A DNA stretch of 56,991 bases, filler included, from Bipalium vagum (GCA_037834085.1; 3 parts of 3 records of this genome joined end to end with filler, not necessarily neighbours in it); one strand, 5' to 3'. Shown: positions 1 to 20,391, numbered from the whole stretch's first letter. Made by a program: numbers and translations. Notes: generated by a model not told the origin, from the letters alone.

Positions 1-234
1 AAGAAATATAAATTATTTTAAAAAGAACAATGAATTTATATTTATAAATAATTTTTATAAACAGTAAAAAGGCAGATAAATCTAAATCTAGCAGACAAAT
101 TAAAGAAACAATCAACGATTTTATTAAGAAAGAGGTCATCTTTTCCTTTAGTCACCTTTCCTTAGTTTCTTTACCATAGGTTGCGTGAAAGTAATGGTAG
201 CGAAAATGAATTTTGTATTGAAATCATTTTTACT

Positions 235-1075
235 ATGGAACAGTCTTTTAAAAATTCAATATACTTAGTCCAGTTTTTCTCCAATAATTATATTTCATGT
301 TTAAAGTGCGACTCAGTAAGGTCACAAAATACTTCTCTAAGCATACCACAGCTAGTTCATTTGATGAAAAATACTTTCTTCCGAGAAATTGTTTTAGGTT
401 TCCAAAATGGTAGAGCCTAATCTGGCAATTAACTTTATTTTGCAAGAAAATAAAATTTAATTATTTGAATTCAGCATTTGACAACACACGTACATTATCT
501 TGATTAAAAATAATTTCTTCTGTAAACCAGGCTTTTTTTGCAGATTGTTGCATTCAACTGGTCTTGCATAGTATTCGGAGTAATTATTAGTTACATCCCT
601 GTGTTGTCATTTGTATTAATAATAAAGTAAGACCAAAGAAAAATAAAATATTTTAGTAATTACATTATTTAAACAAACTTCCCTAAAAAAGGAACTCGCC
701 AATTACTTTTTTATTAATTAAATAATTTAATTTTCAAAAATTTATCAACGTTTATCAAAATTTTAACTAAAATTATTTAATGACCAATAAAAACTTTAAA
801 TTATAAAAATGTAATAATCGTTAATTTAGGTGTAAGATCCTTATTTTAAAAAATTCATCTAAACTAATTGTTCGAACCACTCCTTCTATTAGTAGTGCCC
901 TTTTTAAAGTAATACATTATCAGAACACCTATGGCATCCCAAAAATGGTTGTCATCACCTTTAAACCGTTTGTTATCTCTTCAGATGTATTGAAAATGAA
1001 CATTTAATCCTGTGTAGACGTTCTCTTTTCAATTTAGGATCATGGAGTAAATCCAACTCCCGTCCATAGTTGTAA
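235..1075 (-). mobile_element. Degenerate mariner transposase remnant split by an insertion
   Basis: Minus-strand pieces with frameshifts: TMDGSWIY...KVMTTI/FWDAIGVLIMYYFKKGTT (about 1075-887), then SEYYA...KKPGLQKK...DNVR...HFGNLKQFLGRKYFSSNE...LLEKNWTKYIEF (about 591-235). The order matches the mariner catalytic domain. Confidence 0.75.
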
Positions 1076-2699
1076 AACACTATATAAAAACCATTTTATT
1101 CTTTTTAAAAGGTCCGAATTGTTTACGTATATAATCTATCTCAAATTATTTTCTGTAAAAATAATATTTAAATAATATTGTGAAACCCCCATTTCCTAAA
1201 CTTAATATCATATTACATATAAAAATAGCTTCCAAGCCAATATCGCTTTGTGAAGATTTCTCTACAGGTTTGTAAAGCCACTGCTTTTATCAATAGCAAT
1301 CCTCAATACCTCTACCAGTAATAAACAATGGTGCAAATGCTATGATGGCAAAATTTTATAAAAAAATATTTTTTATTTAATTCATATTTCTGTTACTAAT
1401 TTCGTGTTCTGTTTCTTGTGCATTCTAAAATAACAATTTATCATTATTAGACCATTTATTTAATATTAAATGGAAAATTTTAATACTATGGAAAATATAA
1501 TGTGGAAATAAGTTTCGCAGTTTGAGTTTGGATGTTTCTAAGTAACCTTTAAACATTTGAAGACTATTTTGATACATAAAGAAAATCTTTTTTAGCACGA
1601 TATTCTTTTTTTTACAGTAATTTTTAAAGGGATAATATATTTTATTTTAAAATCAACTTTCAGCTTTCAAGTTGCGCAAAACATTTATATTATTACGTTA
1701 TTATCAATTAATATTTTATAATTAAAAATTAGAAAAATATATATAGATAAATTAAACTAAAATGAGCTTTTTTTAAATATATTCGAAAAATTCGCACTTT
1801 CGACGACTAATCCAGAATCAACTAAAACAATCAAAGCTTGAACGCAGACATATTGACTTACCATTCGCTTCAATCAGGAAGACTTTCACAAACGAATTCA
1901 TCAACCATAGTAGCCTATCCGATTACAATTTATTTTATGCGCTTAAGTAATTATTTACTTTTAATTTGAAAACCTATTCATATAATTTCAGGGAACTTGT
2001 TTTAAAAAATTAAAGCAAAGTTCCTCCTGATTTTCGATTAACGTATTAATATTTTCAATAACTAATTTAACCTTTATCTATCTATCATATTCCCATATTA
2101 AAATAAAATCGCTTATTTAAAGAATAAAGTACATATATTATTTCCTTCACATATTAAAATATTATCGATTGTATCATATATTTTAAGACTTGTTCCATAA
2201 TTGAAACATAGTCCATTTATTATTATAATATCTTCACTAAACTTGTTTTGTAGTCAAAACAAAGTTTAATTTTAAAATCCATTAAATAAATACTTAGGCC
2301 AGGACCTGAGGATCATATAATTTTTTGATTTCCGCTCCTTTTTGTTTTTTGTTTTTAACTCACACCCTAAGCAGGGCGGTGAGTTAAATTGTTTTTCTTA
2401 CTCGAGGACCTCTGAGCCTAAGATCGAGAGGATTTTTTAAATCTCAAAATAAAAAGTCTAACCCAAAATCAAAAGTCTTAGTTTAAATATCCATCTAGGA
2501 CGATCATCTCAAACTTTTGTTAAAATCCCTCTTTTTAATAAAAATATAATTTTAAAAACTTGAATTCGATTTTATCATTTGCGTTAGATTTTATTTAAAC
2601 ATTAATAATAAATTTGTAAACCTTAATAATAAAAGCAATCTTTGCCGTTAAGTCCTAATAATCATTGTTTTAGTTCCATCTTTTCATAAATTAGGAACT

Positions 2700-3027
2700 T
2701 AACAATAACAGCAGAGAAATATTACTTAAAAATTGATGTTATACAAGAAAAGTTGAAAAGAATGTACCCAGCATCAATAGAAAAGGATGAATTCTATTAC
2801 ATGACAATACTAGTTCCACATAGCAAAACAAATCATTGATAAACTGAAAAGCCGTAATTACAAAATTCTACCACAGTTCAGGCTTACCGCATTCATACTA
2901 ATTCATTGGGAAAAGTGTATAAACACTAATGGTTTTTATTTCAAACAATACATCTTTGATTTTGGCTGACTTAAGCTGTTTTAAAATGTATGTACAAAAA
3001 ACGTAAACACTTTTTGAACAGCTTAAT
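2700..3027 (+). mobile_element. Mariner transposase 3' remnant
   Basis: TITAEKYY...EKLKRMYPA...LHDN...IIDKLKSRNYKILP, plus a TIR-like end AAACACTTTTTGAACAGCTTAAT. Confidence 0.7.
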
Positions 3028-3525
3028 GCTTATCAACATTAACCTCATCTATTGAGGTTCAATCTATACAATTATTATTTTTAAAATAAAGATTTTTGCT
3101 TACCAAAACTTAATTTTCATCAGAAAAATTGGAAATAAGAGAATTAATATAATAATCAGGTTGATGTTTTACTTCGTAAGTTACAAATTTATAGAATAGC
3201 ATAATTAAAATAAATAAAATGAAATAATTACATATAAAATACATTAAATAAAAAGCCTATTTTTCTGTGGTTAACAGCAATAACAATAAAATTAATTATA
3301 TTGACCTTATTATTTGTATGTATATGTACGAAAAATTTTACTATTTCGTAAAGACTTGTTTAAATAACTTAATTCATTAATTTTCTGAATAAAAAAATTT
3401 GACCTGTAAAAATCTGTTATCAATTTCATTTTTGTTGCCATCCAAATTTATTTATCTTGATAATTTATTTTAGATAGATAATTTTATTTTTAAAGTAAAT
3501 AAATTATATTGAACAGATATTTAAC

Positions 3526-9153
<5,628 letters not shown>

Positions 9154-11169
9154 TGATTTATGATACATATATATTTATGAATATGTATATAATTTTTCTC
9201 GATTCATCTCTTATATTAGAATATTTTTTTTAACGTTTTATTTTATTATTTTGTTACAGATAAATGAAAAATAGACAATTAAACAACTTCGTTACATTTT
9301 GCAGACTTCTCTTTCACTTTTTTCATCGTATATCATTAAATCAATATAATATGAAACAAACATAGATAAGTAGACACAAACAAGATTTTTCGAACTTTTA
9401 ACTGAAAAATGAAAATCAATAAACGACAATCTGCAAAGTTTATATTTTATTTTGAAGTCAATAAATCTGATAATATTAAAAATATAATAATAATAATAAT
9501 ATTTATATTAATATTAAAATAATATAATATTAATATAATTGATAAATAATAATAATAATAATAATAAAAATATAATTAATTATAATAATTATTAAGAATA
9601 TTAATAATAATTTTAAGTTTATTAAGCTTTATTTTTTTGCTTTTATAATATTTATTTAATGAGATCTGCCTTAAAATATCAAGAGATAATATCCGATATC
9701 ATTTACCAAATACAGCAAAAATCTCAACAATTTCGGTTTTAAATGGTTATTGATATTTCAATTTTTACAACGAAATTATAATCGAGAAATAATTTTCCCC
9801 CACATTATTTTTTAAACTTTTTTCAATATATTGAACTGTACAAATCTTTGAAATTGTTATTTATTACTTATATTTTTCAAATGTTTTAACTTTTTTATTT
9901 AATAACCAATTGAAATAAAATTTCGATATGCAATATTTTATTGAATTATACTTTGTATCTTATTTGGAGCACTGTGCTGCTGATTTATTTTATTAATAAT
10001 TTTATTAAGTATTGTTTTTAGTATTTTTAAAAGTAATCAATGGTTTTATTAGAAAAACCCTTTGTTTTATGTTTAAATTTAACAAACTGTATTTTGTTTT
10101 TCATACATCCCCTTTTTAATGAATGACCCCGATTGTTCGATTTTGGATGGAAATCAATATTTGCTGACGTTTCAAATAGTTTGTTTTTCTTACTCAACTA
10201 TTTTTTGGAATATTTTTCATTTGTTTTAATGTTATCTTAGAATTTTTTTTGATGGATATCAGACTTAATTTCTCAGATAAAATAAAATGGACTTATGGAA
10301 AAATAAAAATCAATATCGACCTTGAATTTGGATAAGGTGAAATTATATTCCTCCGAAGAATTATTTTTTGTTTTGTTATTTTGACAAAGATTTTTTAATC
10401 GAAAAAATGATTTTAAAGAAAAAAACGATATTATTTATTTTGCGCTTGTTTTTTTTGGAAATACTTATAACAAGAGAAAAGGAGAAATCTTTCATCAATA
10501 CACCAACGTTGATTTATTAGTCAATTAATTGGTTCTCGTGTCTAAGAAACCAATACCATGGAAACATTGTAAATCGTAAAGAAGAGAATAAGAATAAGAA
10601 TAAGAATAATAGAAGGATTGTGTAAATTTCTGTCACATCACTTCCCATGAATACAATGAATATCAATAGGAAAAGTTTTATTAATTGATTTTTGTATTAA
10701 TATAAATGTTATTTATTTTTACATCTATAGGAACTTTTCAATAGCCTATTTTCTAAATTTTGTTGTCAGTCTCCAAATTATATTTTTTTTGTCTTTTCTA
10801 ATTTTGTTTTGTTATATTTTTATTAAAAAGTTTATCTAAAAAAAATTAACATTTAATATTTTTTTATTTTTGATTGTTAAAATTTATTTTTTGAAAAAAT
10901 AGTTTTTAATTAATTGAAAAATACCAGAAACTGATAAATGTGTTGTTTATTGTTTGGAAGAAAAATAAAAATGTTACATTAAAGTTAAAATCTATAAAAA
11001 TATACTAAAATCAATAATTTAAGTTATAAAATTAAATTTGGTATAATGAAAATCATATTTATTATTGATGAAATAACATTAATATTCCACAGATTTTATA
11101 TTGTTATAATATAGGGAAAATATTAATTAATCATTAGAATTAATGTTTTACTATATTTAGTTGACGTGA

Positions 11170-11220
<51 letters not shown>

Positions 11221-11235
11221 ATTATTATTATTATA
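11170..11235. repeat. (ATT)n microsatellite
   Basis: Direct inspection. Confidence 0.9.
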
Positions 11236-13559
11236 TTAATATAATCTTCTATTTTTTAGCATTGTAAAAATAATATATTATTTTTTTGTTTTTGATTATT
11301 TTGTAATCAATTTGATTTTATCATGTTCATAATTATTATTTTTATAATTATTGAGTTTATCAACTTCAATAAATTAAAAGTTTGTTCTTTAAAATTATTT
11401 ACTGAATTTGTTAATTGTTTAATTCTGATATCAAAAATAGGAATATGACTCGTTCTTTAATTATTAAACTGTATTCTATATTATTGATTAATTGTAAGAT
11501 TAATCATTAAACTATTTACATTTTCATTATAAGAAAAATAAAATAACGAACTGATAATCAATTATTAAATATTTATTATCAAATTTTTATTTAATTTTCT
11601 AAACATTTTATATGATTAATACATTTTTTACATATTTAAAATATAAAATCTCATTACACTCTTTATACAATTATCATATCCAGTTTTGCTTAATTTATTT
11701 TTTACTTCTTAATATTGATAAACAATATTTTCAATCATTTTTTCCGCTGTTTTAAATTATAATTTACAATTTACTGTATTCAATTTGTTATGACAAGTAT
11801 CGAAATCTATAAATATTTCTTTTATAAATATTTGACTGAAATTTCATTAAATATTTTATTTAATTTTTAAATTGTTACTTTTCCTTTTTTCTTTAAATTA
11901 TTTTAATGAAATTGATATAATCTTTTCCATTAAACAATTATATTCGTCAATAAATATGAGGCTAATTTTTATTTTGTTATTTGATTTGTCTAATTTGGTT
12001 CGATTTTAATGAGAAGAAATTAAAAATTTTATTTAAAAAATCTGATGTTTTTCAATTATCAATGTAACATTGGAATTTTATGATCAATGTAAAACTGGAA
12101 AATATTTACAGAACGTGTATCTGATATTTGGATAATTGTATCTGAAATTTCTCTATAACTGATTTTTAATTTTTAAAATTTTATTTAAATTAGGTTTTTT
12201 TTGTGGTCTTTAAAAACCTTATAATAATAATATATTATTATATTATATTATTTATGTTTATTTAATACATAATTNNNNNNNNNNNNNNNNNNNNNNNNNN
12301 NNNNNNNNNNNNNNNNNNNNNNNNNNNNNNNNNNNNNNNNNNNNNNNNNNNNNNNNNNNNNNNNNNNNNNNNNNNNNNNNNNNNNNNNNNNNNNNNNNNN
12401 NNNNNNNNNNNNTTGTTGTAATTATACAAAATTATAATTTATTATTTATAAATATGAATTTTGCGTAGGATGACTGAATGTGTTAATCAATAAGTAATCT
12501 TTCAAACATTTTACTAATCCATAATGTCTACAATATATATCGATGTTTCAGAACAATTTAATTATTTACAGCTAATAAATATAACTAAAATAATGTTTAT
12601 AAAATAAAATATAACAGAAATGGATATATTCTTTGAATACCATTATCAATATTTGGTATATTTAAAACTGGCGAGGATATCAAACAGACTTTAGAAGAAG
12701 ATCAGTACAGAAAAGATTATTTTAATTATTTATAAATTATTATAATTATTTATATTATTTACATAAACATTTCTTGAATTAATGTCGAGAATGAAAAGCC
12801 AATTGGACTCCTGGTCCAAGATGAGGAGCGCTTTTCTGAAAATGAATGTTCTTTCGAGCTTCAACTTTCTTTTGTGAAACTAAAAGTTATTTCCCAATAT
12901 TGACTTTTAATAATTATTATTCGTTGGCGATATTTGATTTGCTTAAGCGAATTTATATTTATTATTTAAATGAGACATTAATTATTTATAATATTTCTAA
13001 CCATCCTTGGCATCACAAAAATCATAATCAAACAATCTAGCTATAAGTAAGAGTGACACAGGCTACAGGTCGGCTAATGTTGCCGGTAAAAACTTTCTGA
13101 CTAAGCAGTTTGTTAAAACAAAAAAATTAAAGTAAACAAATTAATATAAATAATCAAAACCATAAATAATTGCCTAAGAAAAAATAAGAATTTCTTAAAT
13201 GTATGCTTAAACAAGTCTCACTGAAAAGGATAATTATAATAATTGGTTATTTTATGTCTTTCTATTCCTCCGAATTATTTTTGAAGAGTTGATAAATAAA
13301 TATCCTCCAATTTAAATAATATGGAATACTTTACAAAACCCTATCGAAAACATATATTATACAGCTGGTTTCAAAAGGAGTCAGATAACGGTGTCCACTA
13401 AAATTTCATAATATTTTTAAATATAAAAAATTGTTTAACTGTTTATATTAATCAACAATACTGTAAATGTTTTTTCCAAATCTACATCAGGATATTTATA
13501 TTTTAGAAATTTAATTTAATTTCATCAAATACTTTTCGAAGTACACATTGGCTCTTGTA

Positions 13560-14100
13560 AGTTATTACAAGTTAGCTTTTGGGCAATAACTTGGTTCAAT
13601 TTTCTAAGGTAAAACTTAATAACTTGGTCAGTAGTTTTAGCTTCTGTCTATACACATTTCTTTTCAGAACTCTTCTTGAAAATCTTTTGCAATAAGTATT
13701 TTTAAATTATTATCAGGATGTCTTTTTTTAAAACAAGATTATACCGTTTTTCTTTAAGAAACCCAAAACTATCTTTTAGTAATGTGAACTAGCAAGGTCA
13801 GGCAAAAGCACGCATTCATCTTTGCTACAGTTATTCCTGATATATGGAAGTAAACGACGCTTGATACAATAATTTTTATAGATTTCTGATTTTATCGAAA
13901 GGTTTGATTTTCGAATTAATCGAGTCGAATGAATGAATATTTTGATTTTCGTCGAATTAGACATCAACACGAACAGTTTCAATGTTGCTAGTTTAATATC
14001 CATCATTTTCTGATATGGTTGTATTGGTGAAATAAGTGAAATAAGGCTCATAATCGAGAATAAACTTTTTATTGGGATAAAATCGTTCATATTTCTGTTT
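13560..14100 (-). mobile_element. IS630-Tc1-mariner transposase remnant, ITmD37E-like
   Basis: FILDYEPYF...SIKSEIYKNYCIKRRLLPYIRNN...LLPDLASSHY...LKE.GINLV...LKRNVY. This resembles the DDExYF and (F)WPDLASxHY motifs of DD37E-type elements. Stops and frameshifts present. Confidence 0.6.
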
Positions 14101-16229
14101 TGCTTGAGATTAAGTTTTTATTTTTAATGTTTTATGCAAAAATGACTTCGAAACATTAAATTTCATAGCAGCACAATGTATTGAACTATCACAATGATTA
14201 TAAAAATAGAGTTTGATCTGTTTTAGTTTTGAAATAGTTATCTCCTTGACTTAAGATCAATTAGTTCGTTTTCTTTCTGCTATTATTTTTATTTTTGCAA
14301 AGCAATATACATTGAAACCTGTCAAAGCCGGAATTGGAAGGGACCAACATATTTGTTTTAACAGCTTAGTCAAATTTCCCCAATAGACAGTTACACAATA
14401 CTTTTTACTGCTTTTTTATTAAATAAATCAAGATATCAGAATAATCAATTAAGTACTTATTTACGAACAAAGAAGTCCTCAAGCTTAGTTAGACTTTTTA
14501 GTACTGATTTTTTTGGGAAATCATCGTAGATTTGAAGATGATATTGTTCAAGTGTGTCCAACTACAGTTGCCTTCTAATGTTGCGTAAGCCTTTAGAATT
14601 TTGAAAGATGAAATTGTTGACGTTTAAATTTCCTTTTAATGCTATTTTTTACCAGCTTCATGACTACTCTCATGCAATTTGTACACTCACTTTCCTAATA
14701 CCTCTTGGTCTTTAGTCATTATTTTATAATTTTGATTAATGTCAAAGAAAAAAAATCGAATTCACCAAAATAGCAACTGCATTTATCAATTACCACGTTA
14801 TAAACGTTTTGTCACATTATATTATTTGAAATTTTAGTGAACATTCGTTTTGAATCAATAGGACACAGTGAGAATATTTATTAATCCATATAATTCTATC
14901 CATGTAATCCTTCTATGGAATGGATTTATGCTATCGATTGTTCTAATTTAAAAATTTACTTTTCAATCTACTTTTCGCCGAATTAATTTAGAATAAAAAT
15001 AAAGTTTCTTTTGAAACAAATGAAGAGGTTACGAGCAAAATCTTATGCGATTTTCGTCATAATTGATTTGACATTTTAAAATTGGCAAAAACTGATTTTA
15101 TAAAAGGACAAATTATTTTAAAATCAAATACAACAATTAATAAATCACTTTTCAGCATTGTAACCAAATGTGAACATGAAATATTAATCTGGAAAAAACA
15201 ACGACGGCACCATACTTATTTATCGTCGTTTAAATTAATAATTCCTGATACTCTTTGACCTCCATTATTCAAATTAAAAAATAATTTTTAATAATTTTAA
15301 TAATCGTATTAAGAATAATAATGATATCANNNNNNNNNNNNNNNNNNNNNNNNNNNNNNNNNNNNNNNNNNNNNNNNNNNNNNNNNNNNNNNNNNNNNNN
15401 NNNNNNNNNNNNNNNNNNNNNNNNNNNNNNNNNNNNNNNNNNNNNNNNNNNNNNNNNAATAAAAAGAATAGATATTTAAATTAAAAATTCAATAGAGGAT
15501 TTCTTAGAGAATTAAACTTTTATGATAAACATTTTTTATTTCCTTCGGTTTTTTTCAGTATTCAATGTCAAAATGAACAACCCCTTTTCCCATATCCCTT
15601 CATAGTAAATGGTTTGTGAGAAATATGAAAACAATTCACAAAATACTTTAATAATACTCTCAACTAATATTCCTTATCCTTCATCAATTCATTAATGAAT
15701 GTTTGATATTATCTATATTTTCCCATTAATTACATTAATTGTTATCTATTTTCTGATGAAAATAGCGGTGATGTAATTAAAAATTTAATTTTCTACAAAG
15801 AAAATAATTATTTAATTTCATGTTTGGCTACATTTTATTAAATTATCATCTTGATTTTGATGAGGAAAATTCCAAATAGGAAGTCCAGCCAATTTTTGCA
15901 GTAAAATTATTTTCAAATAATTTGCCTACAATAGATTTATTTAATGTTAAGAAAAAATCCTCGTGTAAAATTATGTAGGTTGGGAGTTACGCAAAAATAT
16001 CAATATTGACATTTATGAAATCATTTTATTACTTTCTTTGATTTTTGTAATATTTTTGAAAAATTGAAGCAATAAGATGAATTAATATCTGAAGAAAAGT
16101 CTTTGGAAATTATGATAAATATTTTATTATATCTGTTAGCAGCGATATCAACAAAATCTGTCATAGTTTGAACAATATATTTTAATGTCTTCCTAAAACA
16201 ATAATATTTAAACAAATTTTCCATTCTTC

Positions 16230-16740
16230 ATAAATTAAAATATTGTGCCATTAAAGCTTCATGAAGGAAATTGACAACAAAATAAGGTGTCACTAAAACA
16301 GCAATTCCAAAGAAATCGGCCGAAAAAGACTTGATCAATGTCCAGCATAAAAGCAAAATTAAAAATAAAATTTCGCATTTAGAAATAGAAAATGGCGAGG
16401 TTGAGATGTTTGAAAGAATAGGAAGCTTCAATATTCCTGTTTTTGTTCCCATGCTACAAACATTTGGTTTACAAATAGCTAAAGGACTACTTGACAATTT
16501 TAACTCTTGCTCTGGATAGCTGCATAAATTTAAATTAAGAAACGATCTTTTTATAAGAAAATTATTTGATGACTCAGCATCCACCGATTACACTGAAGAA
16601 CATAAAAAAGCGATAATTAAGGATGAACTAAAAGATGATATTTTTGATCTACAAATGCTTATTGATGAAGAAACAGTTCAAATCTGATGGTGATACAAAA
16701 CCTATACAAAAAGATGACAGTTATAAAATTTTATACAATT
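16230..16740 (+). mobile_element. pogo/Tigger (CENP-B-type HTH) transposase remnant, internally deleted
   Basis: AS*RKLTTK*GVTKTAI...EIENGEVEMFERIGSFNIPVFVPMLQTFGLQIAKGLLDNFNSCSG*LHKFKLRN matches the Tc5/CENP-B HTH (IPxSG.MLQ...A...F.AS.GWL.KFK.R). An acidic tail follows with no DDE domain. Confidence 0.7.
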
Positions 16741-17699
16741 AAAAAAACAAAAAATTGTCCTGGTCAAGTGAAAACAAACCAGCCTTCCAAAAATAGTATT
16801 GGTAGTCATTCAAATGAACATATTAATATTCATTTTGCGTTCTGATTTATTCAGTGTTTTTACCATAAATTGTGAAACAGTGCCCGCATCTTCTTAATAT
16901 TAATTTATTTAGAATATATATATTAATATATAAATTATTATTTTGATAAATAATAATAAAACGCCAAAATAAAATTTTTTCCTTGACTACTTCGTTTTCA
17001 TCAGAGGTCCTTTCACAATTAAAGATGAAAAAAAGACGACAAATCTCAGAATGTGATGTGCTGTCTTATATTTATAAGAGTTTTTCAGTTTCGTAAATCA
17101 TTTATTAAAATTAAAAGAAATGAAAAACTCCTTAAAACCATCATTGTAATAATAATTCTAAAACAGCAAAAACAAGAAAAAGACGCCAACGGGAGCGTTT
17201 TTTCTTATTTTCCAGTGTACTTAGTTGTATCTATTAAAAAAGTTAGCAGGTAAAATTAAAATTTATAAAGCTAAAATAAAATAAATAAATAACTTAATTT
17301 TAAGTGCTTTTTTATTTCGTTAGAGACATTTAACGTAGCATTAATATTAAAAAATAATATTATTATTATTTAAATTAATTTTTATTAAAATTCATATATC
17401 ATAAAAATAATTTCTACGTAATTTATGTAAGAAATTTATTAAAATATTTACCACCCTGAAAAAAAAAAGAATTGAAAAGAACTCCCATTGTTAAAAACCC
17501 ATTAGCCTTCAATCTAACCTTTAGAAAATATTGGTGCTTAAAGAAAAGAAATAAATGATTAAAAAAAGAATGAATTAAAACCAGGCTTAGAAAATGAACT
17601 ACAAATCAACTTTAGGACTTAATTTTTTTTATTGACTAAAACAAGAAAAAATAAATATAAAACAATAATCATAGTGCATTATCACTTACTTTTTTGTGA

Positions 17700-18123
17700 T
17701 AAAAGGTTAAAGAAAGGCCTACTCTGGTACAAAGAAGAGACAGAAGCAAAATGAAAATGCCAAACCTCACACGGCCAAAATCACCAGGGAAACACTGAAG
17801 AAGTTAGATTGGGATGTCCTTCCTCATCCAAACTGTAACGCAGAAATGGCCTCTTCGGACTAAGATCTTTTCAAATCTCTATAACATTTCATTAATGATA
17901 AAAAATCAAAGGACAAAGATGAAATCAATACTGCCATCTCTAATTTCATTTCAAAGCCCAAAAATGTCTATCGAAATGATATTCAGGTACTACCAAAAAG
18001 ATGGGAGACAACGATGGGAAACGATTGACAGTATATACAGTTGAATAGTGTTTTCATTAATATAATAAAACCTTAATTTTGTTATTAACCTCTTTTCCAT
18101 AAAGACTTTCGTTCCAGCCTTAT
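17700..18123 (+). mobile_element. Mariner transposase 3' remnant
   Basis: ERPTLVQR...ENAKPHTAKITRETLKKLDWDVLPHPN...MASSD*DLFKSL...DIQVLPKRWE, with a TIR-like end near 18100-18123. Confidence 0.8.
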
Positions 18124-18241
18124 AGTTTAACAAAAAGAGTTTTTGAAATCTTTTGTAATTTATACAACTGCACACAGGAGAAATGTGTATGAATTTATTT
18201 TTGATGTCCATATACAAATAAAATTAATCATGGATCCATTT

Positions 18242-18262
18242 ATGATGATGATGATGATGATG
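18242..18262. repeat. (ATG)7 microsatellite
   Basis: Direct inspection. It produces the poly-Met run in ORF 18143-18325. Confidence 0.9.
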
Positions 18263-19074
18263 AACCTGATTCTGCCAGATTATTACTTATTATTTATCCG
18301 TCATTTTTCCTTGATATTTGCATGATTTTCTTTCAGCAAACAGCCATCATTTTCACAATTGACTTAATTATTGACAAATAACCGATGCACGAAAATGGAG
18401 AAAATATTAATAAAATAAATTGGAATAAAATTATTTTATTAGAATGGATATGTTGCATTATGTTTCATTGAAATGATTATTTAGAAAATTATGATCTGTC
18501 TTACATTTTGTTGGGTTCAGGATTAAATATTTTCAATTATTGAAGAAATTTATTATTAAATGTAATTAAAATATAAATAATAATGAAATTAATAATATTT
18601 TCTCAGTTATATAAACCACAGGGTTTTTAAAAAAAAATTGAAAAATCTGGATTTTTGTAGAATATTTAAAAAAAAATTTTTTGTCGTTTATATTCAGTGC
18701 ATTTTATTACTGATATTTCTTTTAATAACAACTTTTTTATTCTAATATTTTCTATTCTTTCATATTTATGTAAATACATTTTTGTAATAATATTTATTTT
18801 AATTACATTCTCTTATTTATTATTTTTATGATCTGTGATCAATTTATTTAGGATGATTGTCAACGGAATATTAACATTTTCATCAGTATCTTAGAAAAAA
18901 TTTACCGAAGTTTAGTTAACGAGCGCCTATTTCGTTTTTCAGTTGCTTAAATTTGTTAGCCCATGGGATTCTCATTTATCTACCGATTTAAATTTTTTTG
19001 TTTTAATTTCCTGCTTAAACATGTGAGTTTCATATTTACTGTATAATTAATGATATTAACCATTATCCTCTGGA

Positions 19075-20107
19075 ATAGGTGTTCCAAAAGTTCGCTGGAC
19101 AAATCACAAATTTGAGCAATTATTTATTACGAATGGAAAAATAACACAAGAACAAATGAAACTGCCTCAAAACTTAATGAGGGCTTGGTGAAGGGAACAA
19201 TGCAACTGCGAACAGTGTAAAATTGGTTCATAAAAATTTCAATCCAGTTATGGACCTTCTTGAACAAAACAGATCAATTAGTGCTAAACAAATCGCTTCT
19301 GAGTTAAATATAAGCGATACAGTTATAAGAAACCGACTGAAAGCGTTAGGATTCACTTGTAAACTCGACAAATGGGTTCCACACCAACTAGCTGAAAAAA
19401 CTAAGTTGGATCGCAATGAAATTAGTTCAAGACTTCTCAAAAGAAACCCAAATGATCCCTTTCTCGACCGGATAGTCACTTGCGATGAAAAGTGGATCTA
19501 TCTTGACAACATAACCAGACGAAGATCGTGGTCGCAGAAAGGGCAGCCTCCGCAAAAAATTGAAAAATGCAACCTTACACGAAACAAGGTTCTTTTATGC
19601 ATTTTGTGGGATTCTCGTGGAATTATTTATCAGGAGTTTCTCTAATCCGGGAAACCATTAATTCTGATGTCTATTGTGACATGCTAAGAAGATCTCATAC
19701 CATTATGAAGGAAAACCGCAATCGTTTGATAAACCGAAAACAAGTGATTTTCCACTAAGATAATGCCAAGCCTATGAAGACATTGAAGCGTATTTAAAAA
19801 ATTGAACTGGACTCTAATGAACTGCAGATAGTCCCGATATTGCCCCATCAGATTTTAATTTGTTCCGGGTATTACAGAATCACTTGATGGGTAAAAATTT
19901 TAAGATTTCTGAAAGTTATTTTCTTTCTTTCATTCAAAAGATCTAGATTTCTTTAATACTGGGATCAATAAACGTCTAAATAGATGGGAAAAAGTAAAAG
20001 AAAATGATGGGGAATATCTGGAGGATTAATTGTTTAATAATGTCTTATAATTAATAAAATAAATTTAACTTCAGTCTTAATTAAAAAACTTAGTTCGTTA
20101 CCTGATA
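19075..20107 (+). mobile_element. Near-full-length degenerate mariner element (DD34D-type transposase pseudogene)
   Basis: HTH (DKSQI*AIIYYEWK...RTV*NWF), KWVPHQL, FLDRIVTCDEKWIY, KVLLCILWD, TINSDVYC, IFH*DNAKP, SPDIAPSDFNLF, NRWEKVKENDGEY. Several stops and frameshifts. ORF track 19223-19645 is part of it. Confidence 0.92.
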
Positions 20108-20391
20108 TTATTATTGGGTTTTGAGAATAATAAGATATTAAATATTTTAAGGAATATTAATTTTGATCTACGCCACTTAGGTTTTTATATAATTGAGAAA
20201 TATTATTAGTTAGAAATTGTCCACATTTGAAAAAAGAAAATTTTGTAAGGGGTGAAACGGAATGTAAATAAATTATTTGTTTAATTTTGACACATGTTAA
20301 TAATTTGGAGTCAAATTATTAATCAATCTCAGTCTCTAAATTTTCAATAATAGTTTTATCCTAATTAAATCTCTTATGATACACAAACTAC

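Noticed and set aside
19223-19645. Domesticated or active mariner transposase (SETMAR-like)
   Set aside because: Flanked by in-frame stops and frameshifts, including at the second catalytic Asp region; no SET domain; a pseudogene.
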